DNA from: Escherichia coli
Lineage (GTDB): Bacteria > Pseudomonadota > Gammaproteobacteria > Enterobacterales > Enterobacteriaceae
Assembly (NCBI RefSeq): GCF_003018115.1
Contig: NZ_CP027457.1
Reading direction: 5' to 3' (one strand)
DNA length: 64,000 nt
Under the pieces are notes generated by a model, which saw nothing but the letters and a program-made list of their open reading frames with translations, was not told the origin of the DNA and did not search any database. The translations under genes were made by a program, and so were the position numbers. This document shows positions 20,641 through 34,000 of this stretch, in pieces (the first letter of the stretch is position 1; every line of letters begins with the position of its first letter).

Positions 20641-21825
20641 ATGAGTGAATTTATTGCCGAAAACCGCGGCGCGGATGCCATCACCCGACCGAACTGGTCA
20701 GCCGTTTTCTCGGTGGCGTTTTGCGTCGCCTGTCTGATTATCGTTGAGTTTTTGCCCGTCAGTTTGTTGACGCCAATGGCCCAGGATTTAGGCATTTCGG
20801 AAGGGGTTGCCGGGCAATCGGTGACCGTGACCGCCTTTGTGGCAATGTTTGCCAGTTTGTTTATTACCCAGACAATTCAGGCCACTGACCGCCGCTACGT
20901 TGTTATTTTGTTTGCCGTTTTGCTGACGCTCTCCTGTTTGCTGGTTTCCTTTGCTAACTCATTCAGTTTGCTTTTAATTGGTCGTGCCTGTCTGGGGCTG
21001 GCGCTGGGCGGGTTCTGGGCGATGTCGGCGTCGCTGACCATGCGTCTGGTGCCGCCGCGTACGGTGCCGAAGGCGCTGTCGGTGATCTTCGGTGCGGTTT
21101 CTATTGCGCTGGTGATTGCCGCGCCGTTGGGCAGTTTTTTAGGCGAGCTTATCGGTTGGCGCAATGTCTTTAATGCGGCGGCGGTGATGGGCGTGTTGTG
21201 TATTTTCTGGATTATCAAATCATTGCCTTCGCTGCCAGGCGAACCCTCGCATCAGAAACAAAATACTTTCCGCTTATTACAACGTCCGGGTGTGATGGCA
21301 GGGATGATCGCCATCTTCATGTCTTTCGCCGGGCAGTTTGCTTTCTTCACGTATATTCGCCCGGTGTATATGAACCTGGCGGGATTCAGCGTGGATGGCT
21401 TAACGCTGGTGCTGTTGAGTTTTGGCATTGCCAGCTTTATTGGTACGTCGCTTTCGTCGTTCATTCTTAAACGTTCGGTAAAACTGGCCTTAGCAGGCGC
21501 GCCGTTAATACTGGCTGTGAGTGCGTTGGTGCTGACGTTGTGGGGAAGCGATAAAATCGTTGCGACCGGCGTGGCGATTATCTGGGGGCTAACTTTTGCA
21601 TTGGTTCCTGTCGGCTGGTCAACGTGGATCACCCGCTCACTGGCCGATCAGGCAGAAAAAGCCGGGTCTATTCAGGTGGCGGTTATTCAGCTTGCTAATA
21701 CCTGTGGCGCGGCAATCGGCGGTTATGCGCTGGATAATATTGGTCTGACTTCGCCGTTGATGTTGTCCGGCACATTGATGTTGCTGACGGCGTTATTGGT
21801 CACCGCAAAGGTGAAAATGAAGTAA
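20641..21825 (+). CDS. nepI: Purine ribonucleoside efflux MFS transporter NepI
   Basis: 396-aa MFS protein from [10 protein letters not shown]. Confidence 0.9.
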   Translation: MSEFIAENRGADAITRPNWSAVFSVAFCVACLIIVEFLPVSLLTPMAQDLGISEGVAGQSVTVTAFVAMFASLFITQTIQATDRRYVVILFAVLLTLSCLLVSFANSFSLLLIGRACLGLALGGFWAMSASLTMRLVPPRTVPKALSVIFGAVSIALVIAAPLGSFLGELIGWRNVFNAAAVMGVLCIFWIIKSLPSLPGEPSHQKQNTFRLLQRPGVMAGMIAIFMSFAGQFAFFTYIRPVYMNLAGFSVDGLTLVLLSFGIASFIGTSLSSFILKRSVKLALAGAPLILAVSALVLTLWGSDKIVATGVAIIWGLTFALVPVGWSTWITRSLADQAEKAGSIQVAVIQLANTCGAAIGGYALDNIGLTSPLMLSGTLMLLTALLVTAKVKMK

Positions 21826-22026
21826 CGTATTTACAGGAGGGTTATTGCTCTGGCGGGAAAGCTCTCCTGTTCTGCCCCCTGATAACCCTTGATCAGGTAT
21901 TGTTCTTATCTTGTTGTTATTTCCATTATTCCGCCTGTATTCATCATTTGCTAATCATGAATCATCATTTTCCCTCATGTTAAAGAAAGGTCATTTAATC
22001 TGAACGCATAGCGACAGGGATGACAA

Positions 22027-25000
22027 ATGGCAGGGAAAGCGCATGGGAACGGCGATCGTCGGGGCGATAACACCATATGTGGATTGGGGGATCGTTTACG
22101 TCGTCTGACCGCCGGTATTTGCCTGATAACACAAACTATATTCCCTGTTATGGCCGCTGCCCCTACGCATATTAACCATGCGCATTCGGATACTGCCACG
22201 TCACTGATCCTGCCGAACGTTAAAACTATTCCATATACCCTGGGGGCATTGGAATCGCCATCAACGGTCGCGGCACGCTTTGGTATCACCGTTGATGAAT
22301 TACGTCGCCTGAATCAGTTTCGTACCTTTGCGCGGGGCTTTGACAATGTGCGTCAGGGCGATGAAATAGATGTGCCCCTCATTAACAGTAATAGCCTCGA
22401 AGCGCGCAACTTGAAAGCAATGCAGATGGAGCGCGACGGCAAAGATCCGCAAATGCAGGTCGCGGAAGTGGCGCAGCAAAGCGGAACACTTTTAGCTCGC
22501 GATATGGACAGCGAACAGGCGGCGAGTATGGCGCGTGGCTGGGTGGCTTCTTCTGCATCTGCGCAGGCAACGGACTGGCTCAGTCGTTGGGGAACTGCCC
22601 GGGTATCTCTTGGTGTGGATGAAGATTTCAGCCTTAAAAGCTCGTCATTTGAATTTCTCCATCCCTGGTACGAAACGCCGGATAACCTGGTCTTCAGCCA
22701 GCACACACTTCACCGTACGGATGATCGCACTCAAACCAACCACGGTATCGGCTGGCGTTACTTCACCCCGAGCTGGATGTCTGGCGTCAATATGTTTATC
22801 GATCATGACCTGACCCGCTATCACACCCGAACCGGGATGGGCGTTGAATACTGGCGCGATTACCTGAAACTGAGCGGCAACGGTTATCTGCGCCTCAGTA
22901 ACTGGCGTAGTGCACCGGAACTGGACAATGACTATGAAGCACGTCCGGCGAACGGTTGGGATCTTCGCGCTGAAGGCTGGTTACCGGCCTGGCCGCAGCT
23001 GGGCGGCAAGCTGGTCTATGAACAATATTATGGCGATGAAGTGGCGCTGTTTGGTAAAGACGAGCGACAAAACGATCCTCACGCGATTACCGCAGGTTTG
23101 AGTTACACCCCCGTTCCTCTGATCTCCTTTAGTGCCGAGCAACGGCAGGGCAAACAGGGAGAAAACGACACCCGAATTGGTATGGAGTTGACGTTGCAAC
23201 CTGGTCATTCACTGCAAAAACAGCTCGATCCAGCTGAAGTTGCAGCTCGGCGCAGCCTTGTGGGCAGTCGCTATGACCTGGTCGATCGTAATAACAATAT
23301 CGTCCTCGAATATCGCAAGAAAGAGCTGGTACGGCTGACGCTGACCGATCCGCTGAAAGGCAAGCCGGGTGAGGTTAAATCGCTGGTTTCTTCCTTACAG
23401 ACCAAATATGCGCTGAAAGGTTATGACATTGAAGCCGCCGCCCTGCAATCAGCGGGCGGAAAAGTAGCAGTTTCCGGCAAGGATATTCAGGTCACTATTC
23501 CTCCTTACCGATTCACGGCAATGCCTGAAACCGACAACACTTACCCGATAGCGGTTACAGCGGAAGATTCGAAAGGAAATTTCTCCCGGCGTGAAGAAAG
23601 TATGGTGGTCGTGGAAAAATCCACACTAAGCCTCGCCGATTCAACGCTTTCTGTCGATCTGCAAATCCTGCTTGCTGATGGAAAATCAACCTCAACGCTG
23701 ACCTATACCGCGCGAGATTCCAGCGGCAAGCCGATCCCCGGTATGACGTTAAAAACACAGGCAAAAGGTTTGCAGGATTTCGCCTTAAGCGAATGGAAAG
23801 ACAACGGTAACGGAACCTATACCCAAATAGTTACCGCCGGGAAGACGTCTGGCGCGTTATCGCTGATGCCGCAATTTAACGGCGACGATATCGCTAAGAC
23901 GCCAGCGCTGATTGCCATTGTAGCGAATACGGCATCCCGTGCTGACTCCACGATTGAGACAGACCAGGATAATTACGTCGCGGGTAAGCCGATAGTCGTT
24001 AAAGTGACCCTGAGAGATGATAACGGCAACGGGGTTACCGGAAGAAAAGAACTTCTCAAACAAACCGTTAAAGTAGACAACACGAAGGCTGATGCTGTTA
24101 GTGCCTGGACGGAAGAAAGTGAGGGAATTTACAAAGCAAGCTATACGGCCCATCTCATTGGCGACAAATTAACGGCCCAGCTAACGATGCCCGGCTGGCA
24201 AACCAAACATTCGGATGCGTTCAGTATTGCGGGTGATAAAGATACCGCCAAAATCGCTGCGATGCAGATCACCGCGAATAACGCAGTTGCCAGACGCGAT
24301 CACAATACCGTCGCTGTGACGGTCAGGGATGTGCATCAAAATTTACTGCAGGGACAAAATGTTACCTTCACGGTCGTGAATGGTGCGGCGGTTTTTGCCG
24401 ATCCAAACGGCGGTATTGTGACGACAGATAAAGACGGAATTGCCAGCGTTAACCTTGCCAGTGACCAGGCGGTAAACAGTCTTATCAAGGCCGAGATCAA
24501 TGGCAGTAGTCAGTCTGTGGAAGTGAGCTTTATCACTGGCGATATCTCGCAGCTGACCTCCACCATCAAGACGGACGATGTGTCATACACTGCGGGTGGC
24601 AAGATAAAAGTGTCCGTCACCCTTATGGATGAGCAGAAAAACCAGGTGAAAGGGATGGCTTCGCTGCTCGCGGGTAGCGGTGTGGTCGAGGTGAGCGGTA
24701 CAGATAAAAATGAAACGGGTAACTGGAGCGAAGAGTCTGACGGCGTTTATACCACCACCCGAACCGCGAAGATTGCTGGCGATCGCCATTACGCCACGCT
24801 GAAACTATCGACATGGAGTAGCGCGCAGCAATCCGATGCGTATGCCATCCGCGAAAGCGGAGCTGTGCTGGCTTATTCCTCCATCGTTACCGACAAAACG
24901 ACCTACACCGCGGGCGGTGCGATAAAAGTTACGGTGACACTCAAGGATAGCTATGAAAACCTGGTCGGGGGGCAACGAGACGCTATCAACCTGGCTATCC

Positions 25001-28000
25001 AGCTGCCAAATACAAAAGCGGAAAGCATCGCCTGGAATGAAGATCAAAAAGGAATTTATACCGCAACGTATACCGCCTTACTCCCTGGCACCGGTTTAAA
25101 AGCACAGCTACAGATGTCCGGCTGGGCGAACGCTCTGACTTCAAATGATTACAGTATTAGTGGCGATGCCGCCAGCGCACAAATTGTCGCGATGCAAGTG
25201 ACAACGGGTAACCCGGATGTGCTGGCAAATGGCAGCGATCGACATACGGTGAATGTCCGGGTGGAAGATCAGTTTGGCAATGTGCTGCCGGAGCAGACCG
25301 TCACCTTTACGGTGACGAAGGGGGCGGCTGTATTTGCCAATGCAGGGCAGAGCGCAGATATCAGGACGGATGCGCATGGTATGGCAGAGGTTGATCTGAG
25401 CAGTACCGTAGCGGATGCCAGCACTGTTGAGGCTAAGGTCAATCAAAGCAGCGATAGTAAAACGGTGAACTTTGTTGCTGATGTCAGCACGGCGCAGATC
25501 GCTGATCTGGTGGTCATTAAGGATGGCTCAGTGGCAGACGGTTCGACGGCGAACACGCTGCGGGTGAGGGTGACGGATGCGTTCGGTAATGCGCTGGGCG
25601 GGCAGACGGTCAGCGTGTTGGCGGACAACAGCGCAACGGTCGCTCCGACGGTTATCACCGAGCCGGACGGGACGGTGGAGATCTCTGTTACCAGCCAGAC
25701 GGCGGGAGTCAGTGCGGTCACCGCCAGTATCAACAACAGCAGCCTGAGCCGGAACGTGACGTTTGTTGCCGATGTCAGGACGGCGAAGATCGCTGATCTG
25801 GTGGTGATGCAGGACGGCTCAGTGGCAGATGGCACGACGGCGAACACGCTGCGGGCGAGGGTGACCGATGCGTTCGGCAATGCGCTTGCCGGGCAGACGG
25901 TCAGCGTGACTGCAGGCAACAGCGCAACGGTCGCTTCGACAGTGACCACAAAGCCGGACGGCACGGTGGAGATCAGTGTCACCAGCCAGACGGCGGGGAT
26001 CAGTACAGTCACTGCAACCATCAACAGCAGCAGTCAGAGCCGGAACGTGACGTTTGTCGCGGATGTCAGGACGGCGAAGATCGCTGATCTGGAGGTCATT
26101 AAGGATGGTTCAGAGGCGGACGGTGCGACGGCGAACACGCTGCGTGCGAGGGTAACCGATGCATTCGGAAATACGCTTGCCGGACAGACGGTCAGCGTGT
26201 TGGCAGGCAACGGCGCAACGGTCGCTCCGACGGTTATCACCGAGCCGGACGGGACGGTGGAGATCAGTGTCACCAGCCAGACTGCCGGAATCAGTGCAGT
26301 CACTGCAACCATCAACAGCAGTAGTCAGAGTCAGAACGTGACGTTTGTCGCGGATGTCAGGACGGCGAAGATCGCTGATCTGGAGGTCATTAAGGATGGT
26401 TCAGAGGCGGACGGTGCGACGGCGAACACGCTGCGTGCGAGGGTAACCGATGCGTTCGGCAATGCGCTTGCCGGGCAGACGGTCAGCGTGACTGCAGGCA
26501 ACAGCGCAACGGTCGCTTCGACGGTGACCACAAAGCCGGACGGGACGGTGGAGATCAGTGTCACCAGTCAGACGGCGGGGAGCAGTACAGTCACTGCCAG
26601 CATCAACAGCAGCAGCCTGAGCCGGGATGTGACGTTTATTGCGGATGTCAGGACGGCGCAGATCGCGGAGCTGGTGGTCATTAAGGATGGTTCAGAGGCG
26701 GACGGTGCGACGGCGAATACGCTGCGGGCGAGGGTGACCGATGCGTTCGGCAATGCGCTGGGCGGGCAGACGGTCAGCGTGTTGGCGGACAACGGCGCAA
26801 CGGTGTCTCCGACGGTTACCACAGAGTCGGACGGGACGGTGGAGATCAGTGTCACCAGCCAGACTGCCGGAATCAGTGCAGTCACTGCAACCATCAACAG
26901 CAGTAGTCAGAGTCAGAACGTGACGTTTGTCGCGGATGTCAGGACGGCGAAGATCGCTGATCTGGAGGTCATTAAGGATGGTTCAGAGGCGGACGGTGCG
27001 ACGGCGAACACGCTGCGTGCGAGGGTAACCGATGCGTTCGGCAATGCGCTTGCCGGGCAGACGGTCAGCGTGACTGCAGGCAACAGCGCAACGGTCGCTT
27101 CGACGGTGACCACAAAGCCGGACGGGACGGTGGAGATCAGTGTCACCAGTCAGACGGTGGGGAGCAGTACAGTCACTGCCAGCATCAACAGCAGCAGCCT
27201 GAGCCGGGATGTGACGTTTATTGCGGATGTCAGGACGGCGCAGATCGCGGAGCTGGTGGTCATTAAGGATGGTTCAGAGGCGGACGGTGCGACGGCGAAT
27301 ACGCTGCGGGCGAGGGTGACCGATGCGTTCGGCAATGCGCTGGGCGGGCAGACGGTCAGCGTGTTGGCGGACAACGGCGCAACGGTGTCTCCGACGGTTA
27401 CCACAGAGTCGGACGGGACGGTGGAGATCAGTCTCACCAGCCAGACGGCGGGCACCAGTGTGGTCACTGCCAGCATCAACAACAGCAGCCTGAGCCAGAG
27501 CGTGACATTTATTGCCGATGTCAGGACGGCGAAGATCGCGGATCTGGTGGTCATTAAGGACGGCTCAGTGGCAGATGGCGCGACGGCGAACACGCTGCGG
27601 GTGAGGGTCACCGATGCATTCGGCAATGCGCTTGCCGGGCAGACGGTCAGCGTGTTGTCGGACAACGGCGCAACGACTGCCCCGACGGTGAGCACAGAGC
27701 CGGACGGGACGGTGGAGATCAGTGTCACCAGCCAGACTGCCGGAATCAGTGCAGTCACTGCAACCATCAACAGCAGTAGTCAGAGTCAGAACGTGACGTT
27801 TGTCGCGGATGTCAGGACGGCGAAGATCGCTGATCTGGAGGTCATTAAGGATGGTTCAGAGGCGGACGGTGCGACGGCGAACACGCTGCGTGCGAGGGTA
27901 ACCGATGCGTTCGGCAATGCGCTTGCCGGGCAGACGGTCAGCGTGACTGCAGGCAACAGCGCAACGGTCGCTTCGACGGTGACCACAAAGCCGGACGGGA

Positions 28001-31000
28001 CGGTGGAGATCAGTGTCACCAGTCAGACGGCGGGGAGCAGTACAGTCACTGCCAGCATCAACAGCAGCAGCCTGAGCCGGGATGTGACGTTTATTGCGGA
28101 TGTCAGGACGGCGCAGATCGCGGAGCTGGTGGTCATTAAGGATGGTTCAGAGGCGGACGGTGCGACGGCGAATACGCTGCGGGCGAGGGTGACCGATGCA
28201 TTCGGAAATACGCTTGCCGGACAGACGGTCAGCGTGTTGGCAGGCAACGGCGCAACGGTCGCTCCGACGGTTATCACCGAGCCGGACGGGACGGTGGAGA
28301 TCAGTGTCACCAGCCAGACTGCCGGAATCAGTGCAGTCACTGCAACCATCAACAGCAGTAGTCAGAGTCAGAACGTGACGTTTGTCGCGGATGTCAGGAC
28401 GGCGAAGATCGCTGATCTGGAGGTCATTAAGGATGGTTCAGAGGCGGACGGTGCGACGGCGAACACGCTGCGTGCGAGGGTAACCGATGCGTTCGGCAAT
28501 GCGCTTGCCGGGCAGACGGTCAGCGTGACTGCAGGCAACAGCGCAACGGTCGCTTCGACGGTGACCACAAAGCCGGACGGGACGGTGGAGATCAGTGTCA
28601 CCAGTCAGACGGCGGGGAGCAGTACAGTCACTGCCAGCATCAACAGCAGCAGCCTGAGCCGGGATGTGACGTTTATTGCGGATGTCAGGACGGCGAAGAT
28701 CGCTGATCTGGAGGTCATTAAGGATGGTTCAGAGGCGGACGGTGCGACGGCGAACACGCTGCGTGCGAGGGTAACCGATGCGTTCGGCAATGCGCTTGCC
28801 GGGCAGACGGTCAGCGTGACTGCAGGCAACAGCGCAACGGTCGCTTCGACGGTGACCACAAAGCCGGACGGGACGGTGGAGATCAGTGTCACCAGTCAGA
28901 CGGCGGGGAGCAGTACAGTCACTGCCAGCATCAACAGCAGCAGCCTGAGCCGGGATGTGACGTTTATTGCGGATGTCAGGACGGCGCAGATCGCGGAGCT
29001 GGTGGTCATTAAGGATGGTTCAGAGGCGGACGGTGCGACGGCGAATACGCTGCGGGCGAGGGTGACCGATGCGTTCGGCAATGCGCTGGGCGGGCAGACG
29101 GTCAGCGTGTTGGCGGACAACGGCGCAACGGTCGCTTCGACGGTGACCACAAAGCCGGACGGGACGGTGGAGATCAGTGTCACCAGCCAGACGGCGGGCA
29201 CCAGTGTGGTCACTGTCAGCATCAACAACAGCAGCCAGAGCCGGAACGTGACATTTATCGCCGATGTCAGGACGGCGAAGATCGCTGAACTGGAGGTCAT
29301 TCGGGATAACGCGGTGGCAGACGGTTCGACGGCGAACACGCTGCGGGCGAGGGTAACCGATGCGTTCGGTAATGCGCTTGCCGGGCAGACGGTCAGCGTG
29401 TTGGCGGATAACGGCGCAACGGTCGCTCCGACGGTCATCACAGGGCCGGACGGTACGGTGGAAATCAGTGTCACCAGCCAGACGGCGGGCACCAGTGTGG
29501 TCACTGCCAGCATCAACAACAGCAGCCTGAGCCAGAGCGTGATGTTTGTCGCCGATATCAGGACGGCGCAGATCGCGGATCTGGTGGTCATTAAGGATGG
29601 TTCAGAGGCGGACGGTTCGACGGCGAACACGCTGCGGGCGAGGGTGACCGATGCGTTCGGCAATGCGCTTGCCGGGCAGACGGTCAGCGTGACGACGGAC
29701 AACGGCGCAACGACTGCCCCGACGGTGAGCACAGAGCCGGACGGCACGGTGGAAATCAGTGTCACCAGCCAGACGGCGGGGATCAGTACAGTCACTGCAA
29801 CCATCAACAACAGCACCCTGAGTCAGAACGTGACATTTATCGCCGATGTCAGAACGGCGCAGATCGCGAGTCTGGAGGTGACGCAGGATAACGCCGTGGC
29901 TGACGGCGCAATGGCGGATATGCTGCGGGCGAGGGTCACCGATGCGTTCGGTAATACGCTTGCCGGGCAGACGGTCAGCGTGATGGCGGACAACGGTGCA
30001 GCGGTCGCTTCGACGATGACCACAAAGCCGGACGGCACGGTGGAGATCAGTGTCACCAGCCAGACGGCAGGAATCAGTGTGGTCACCGCCAGCATCAACA
30101 GCAGCAGTCAGAGCCGGGATGTGACGTTTATCGCCGATATCAGGACGGCGCAGATCGCGGACCTGGTGGTCATTAAGGACGGCTCAGTGGCTGACGGCGC
30201 AATGGCGAATAAGCTGCGGGCGAGGGTCACCGATGCGTTCGGTAATGCACTTGCCGGGCAGACGGTCAGCGTGTTCGCAGGCAACGGTGCCACGACTGCT
30301 CCGACGGTCACCACGCAGCCGGACGGCACGGTGGAGATCTCTGTCACCAGCCAGACGGCAGGCACCAGTGCGGTCACTGCCAGCATTAACAGCAGCAGCC
30401 AGAGCCGGGATGTGACGTTTATCGCCGATGTCAGAACGGCGAAGATCGCTGATCTGGTGGTCATTAAGGACGGCTCAGTGGCAGACGGCGCAATGGCGAA
30501 CACGCTGCAGGTGAAGGTCACCGATGCGTTCGGCAATGCGCTTGGCGGACAGACGGTCAGCGTGACGGCAGGCAACAGCGCAACGGTCACTCCGACGGTC
30601 ACCACGCAGTCGGACGGTACGGTGGAGATCAGTGTCACCAGTCAGACGGCGGGGATCAGTACAGTCACTGCCAGCATCAACAACAGCAGCCTGAGCCGGA
30701 ACGTGACGTTTGTCGCGGATGTCAGGACGGCGCAGATCGCGGATCTGGTGGTCATTAAGGACGACTCAGTGGCCGACGGTGCAATGGCGAATATTCTGCG
30801 GGCGAGGGTGACCGATGCGTTCGGTAATACGCTTGCCGGGCAGACGGTCAGCGTGTTGTCGGACAACGGTGCAACGGTCGCTTCGACGATGACCACAAAG
30901 CCGGATGGCACGGTGGAGATCAGTGTCACCAGCCAGACGGCGGGGATCAGTACGGTCACTGCAACCATCAACAACAGCAGCCTGAGCCGGGACGTGACAT

Positions 31001-34000
31001 TTATCGCCGATGTCAGGACGGCGCAGATCGCGGACCTGGTGGTCATTAAGGACGGCGTAGTGGCAGACGGCGCAATGGCGAACATGCTGCGGGTGAGGGT
31101 CACCGATGCTAACGGTAATACGCTTGGCGGACAGACGGTCAGCGTATCGGCAGACAACAGCGCAATGGTCACTCCGACGGTGACCACGCAGCCGGATGGC
31201 ACGGTGGAGATCAGTGTCACCAGTCAGACGGCGGGGATCAGTACGGTCACTGCAACCATCAACAACAGCAGCCTGAGCCGGAACGTGACGTTTGTCGCGG
31301 ATGTCAGGACGGCGCAGATCGTTGATCTGGTGGTCATTAAGGACGACTCAGTGGCAGACGGTGCAATGGCGAATATGCTGCGGGCGAGGGTCACCGATGC
31401 GTTCGGTAATACGCTTGCCGGGCAGACGGTCAGCGTGACGGCAGGCAACGGCGCAACGGTCACTCCGACGGTCACCACGCAGCCGGACGGCACGGTGGAT
31501 ATCAGTGTCACCAGCCAGACGGCGGGGATCAGTACAGTCACTGCAACCATCAACAACAGCACCCTGAGTCAGAACGTGACATTTATCGCCGATGTCAGAA
31601 CGGCGCAGATCGCGAGTCTGGAGGTGACGCAGGATAACGCCGTGGCTGACGGCGCAATGGCGGATATGCTGCGGGCGAGGGTCACCGATGCGTTCGGTAA
31701 TGCGCTTGCCGGGCAGACGGTCAGCGTGATGGCGGACAACGGTGCAGCGGTCGCTTCGACGATGACCACAAAGCCGGACGGCACGGTGGAGATCAGTGTC
31801 ACCAGTCAGACGGCAGGAATCAGTGTGGTCACCGCCAGCATCAACAGCAGCAGTCAGAGCCGGGATGTGACGTTTATCGCCGATATCAGGACGGCGCAGA
31901 TCGCGGACCTGGTGGTCATTAAGGACGGCTCAGTGGCTGACGGCGCAATGGCGAACATGCTGCAGGTAAAGGTTACCGATGCTAACGGCAATGTGCTTGC
32001 CGGGCAGACGGTCAGCATGATGGCAGGCAACGGTGCAACGGTTGCCCCGACGGTGATTACAGAGCCGGACGGTACGGTGGAGATCCCTGTCACCAGCCAG
32101 ACGGCGGGAGCCAGTGCGGTCACCGCCAGTATCAACAGCAGCAACGCGAGCCGGAACGTGACGTTTATCGCCGATGTCAGAACGGCGAAGATCGCTGATC
32201 TGGTGGTCATTAAGGACGGCTCAGTGGCAGACGGCGCAATGGCGAACACGCTGCAGGTGAGGGTCACCGATGCGTTCGGCAATGCGCTTGGCGGACAGAC
32301 GGTCAGCGTGACGGCAGGCAACAGCGCAACGGTCACTCCGACGGTCACCACGCAGTCGGACGGTACGGTGGAGATCAGTGTCACCAGTCAGACGGCGGGA
32401 GTTAGCGCAGTCACAGCAACCATCAACAATCATAGCCTGAGCCAGAACGTCACCTTTGTACCGGGTGACGCATCGCAGCTCACTTCAACCGTTGAAACAA
32501 ATAAGTCTAACTACACGGTTGGAGAGACCATCACCATCACGGTAACGCTCCGGGATGCGTTCGATAATCTGGTAACCGGTGCAGCTTCACAGTTAGCCGC
32601 TAATAGTGTGCTGACGGTGGATGGCACCGACCCGTCAGAAACGGGAAGCTGGGTTGAATCAGGTGGCGTGTATACCACAACCCGAATGGCGACGATTGCC
32701 GGTAACGATCAGCACGCCAACCTGCAATTGCAGTCGTGGAGTGTTGGCGTAACGTCAGATCGCTATGACATACAGTCCGGTTCTCCGGCGCAAGCCACAT
32801 CAACTATCGCCACGGATAAAAACGCATACACCGCTGGCGAGACTATAACCGTCGCCGTGACGCTGAAAGATGCGCACGGTAACCTGGTTGAAGGGGGCGA
32901 GTCCTTACTGTCTGGTGATAACGTAACAGTGGAAGGAGCCGTACGTTCAGGAGAGTGGTCTGAAACTGCCGGTGTTTATACTGCTACATGGTCGGCGCAA
33001 ATGGCGGGAGACTCTCACCACGCGACGCTGACGTTGCCCGAGTGGGGCAGCAGTAAACAATCAGAGAGTTATTCCATCCACAGTGGTGCTCCGGTGCAGG
33101 CAAATTCTGCTATCAGGACAGATAAATCGGCATATATCGCCGGGGAGCCATTAACTGTCACAATAACGTTGCGGGATGAGTTTGGTAACCCTGCTTTAGG
33201 GCTGACATCAGAAGTCATCGAGTCTTATATCGATAATTTCGCGGTAGGTGGCGCAACTTCCGATTCTATGCAGTGGGTCGAGCAGAATAATGGTGAATAT
33301 ACCATTGTCTGGACAGCATGGGTTGCCGAGGAAAATCTGGTTGCCAGTCTGAAATTGAAAACATGGGCAACGGAGATTAAGTCCTCGTTATACGGAATAC
33401 AACCAGGTGCGGCGGAAAAAACTCAATCCACGATTGTCGCGGACAAAACGATATATATTGCTGGGGATAGCATAACGGTGACCGTTGTTCTTAAAGATGC
33501 CCAGGATAACTTTATTACTGATGGCGTTGTTCAGCTTAATGAGGAAAACGTACAAGTCAGGAATGCGGATCCTATCCAGGGCAATAATTGGGTTTACAAT
33601 GGCAATGGTATATATCAAAGACAGTATATGGCGCATTTTGCGGAAGCGAACTTGAATGCGCAATTGAAGATGACTGGTTGGAGCGATGCCAATTATTCAA
33701 ATAGCTACATGATTAAACCAGGTGAAGTAAGTATGCTTCGTTCACAGCTTCGTATACGCGAAGTTTTAGTGGTAGCTGGGGCGGATATACCTGTCAGTGT
33801 TTTATTAGCTGATGAATTTGGTAATCCTGTGAATGACGGTCTGGATTTGCTGACAGATGATGCAGTGTACTTACAAAATGTGGAAAAGAAACATTGGTCC
33901 AGTTGGACATTTGTAGGTGATGGCAGATATGAGCGTACCTATATGGCTTACAAAGAAGGAGAAAACTTAAACTCTTATCTACATATTAATGGTTGGTATG

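Noticed and set aside
25443-32384. Many minus-strand ORFs of 77-306 aa (for example 26331..26564, 28896..29816) repeating the same Ala/Val/Thr/Ser-rich sequences
   Set aside because: They are antisense reading frames of the 291-bp repeat array inside the adhesin gene. Their recurrence simply mirrors the repeats, and the plus-strand 4190-aa ORF is the coherent gene.
25474-32460. Possible CRISPR array, suggested by regular near-identical repeats
   Set aside because: The units are 291 bp, contiguous with no spacers, in-frame coding and translate to Ig-like domains; there are no cas genes.
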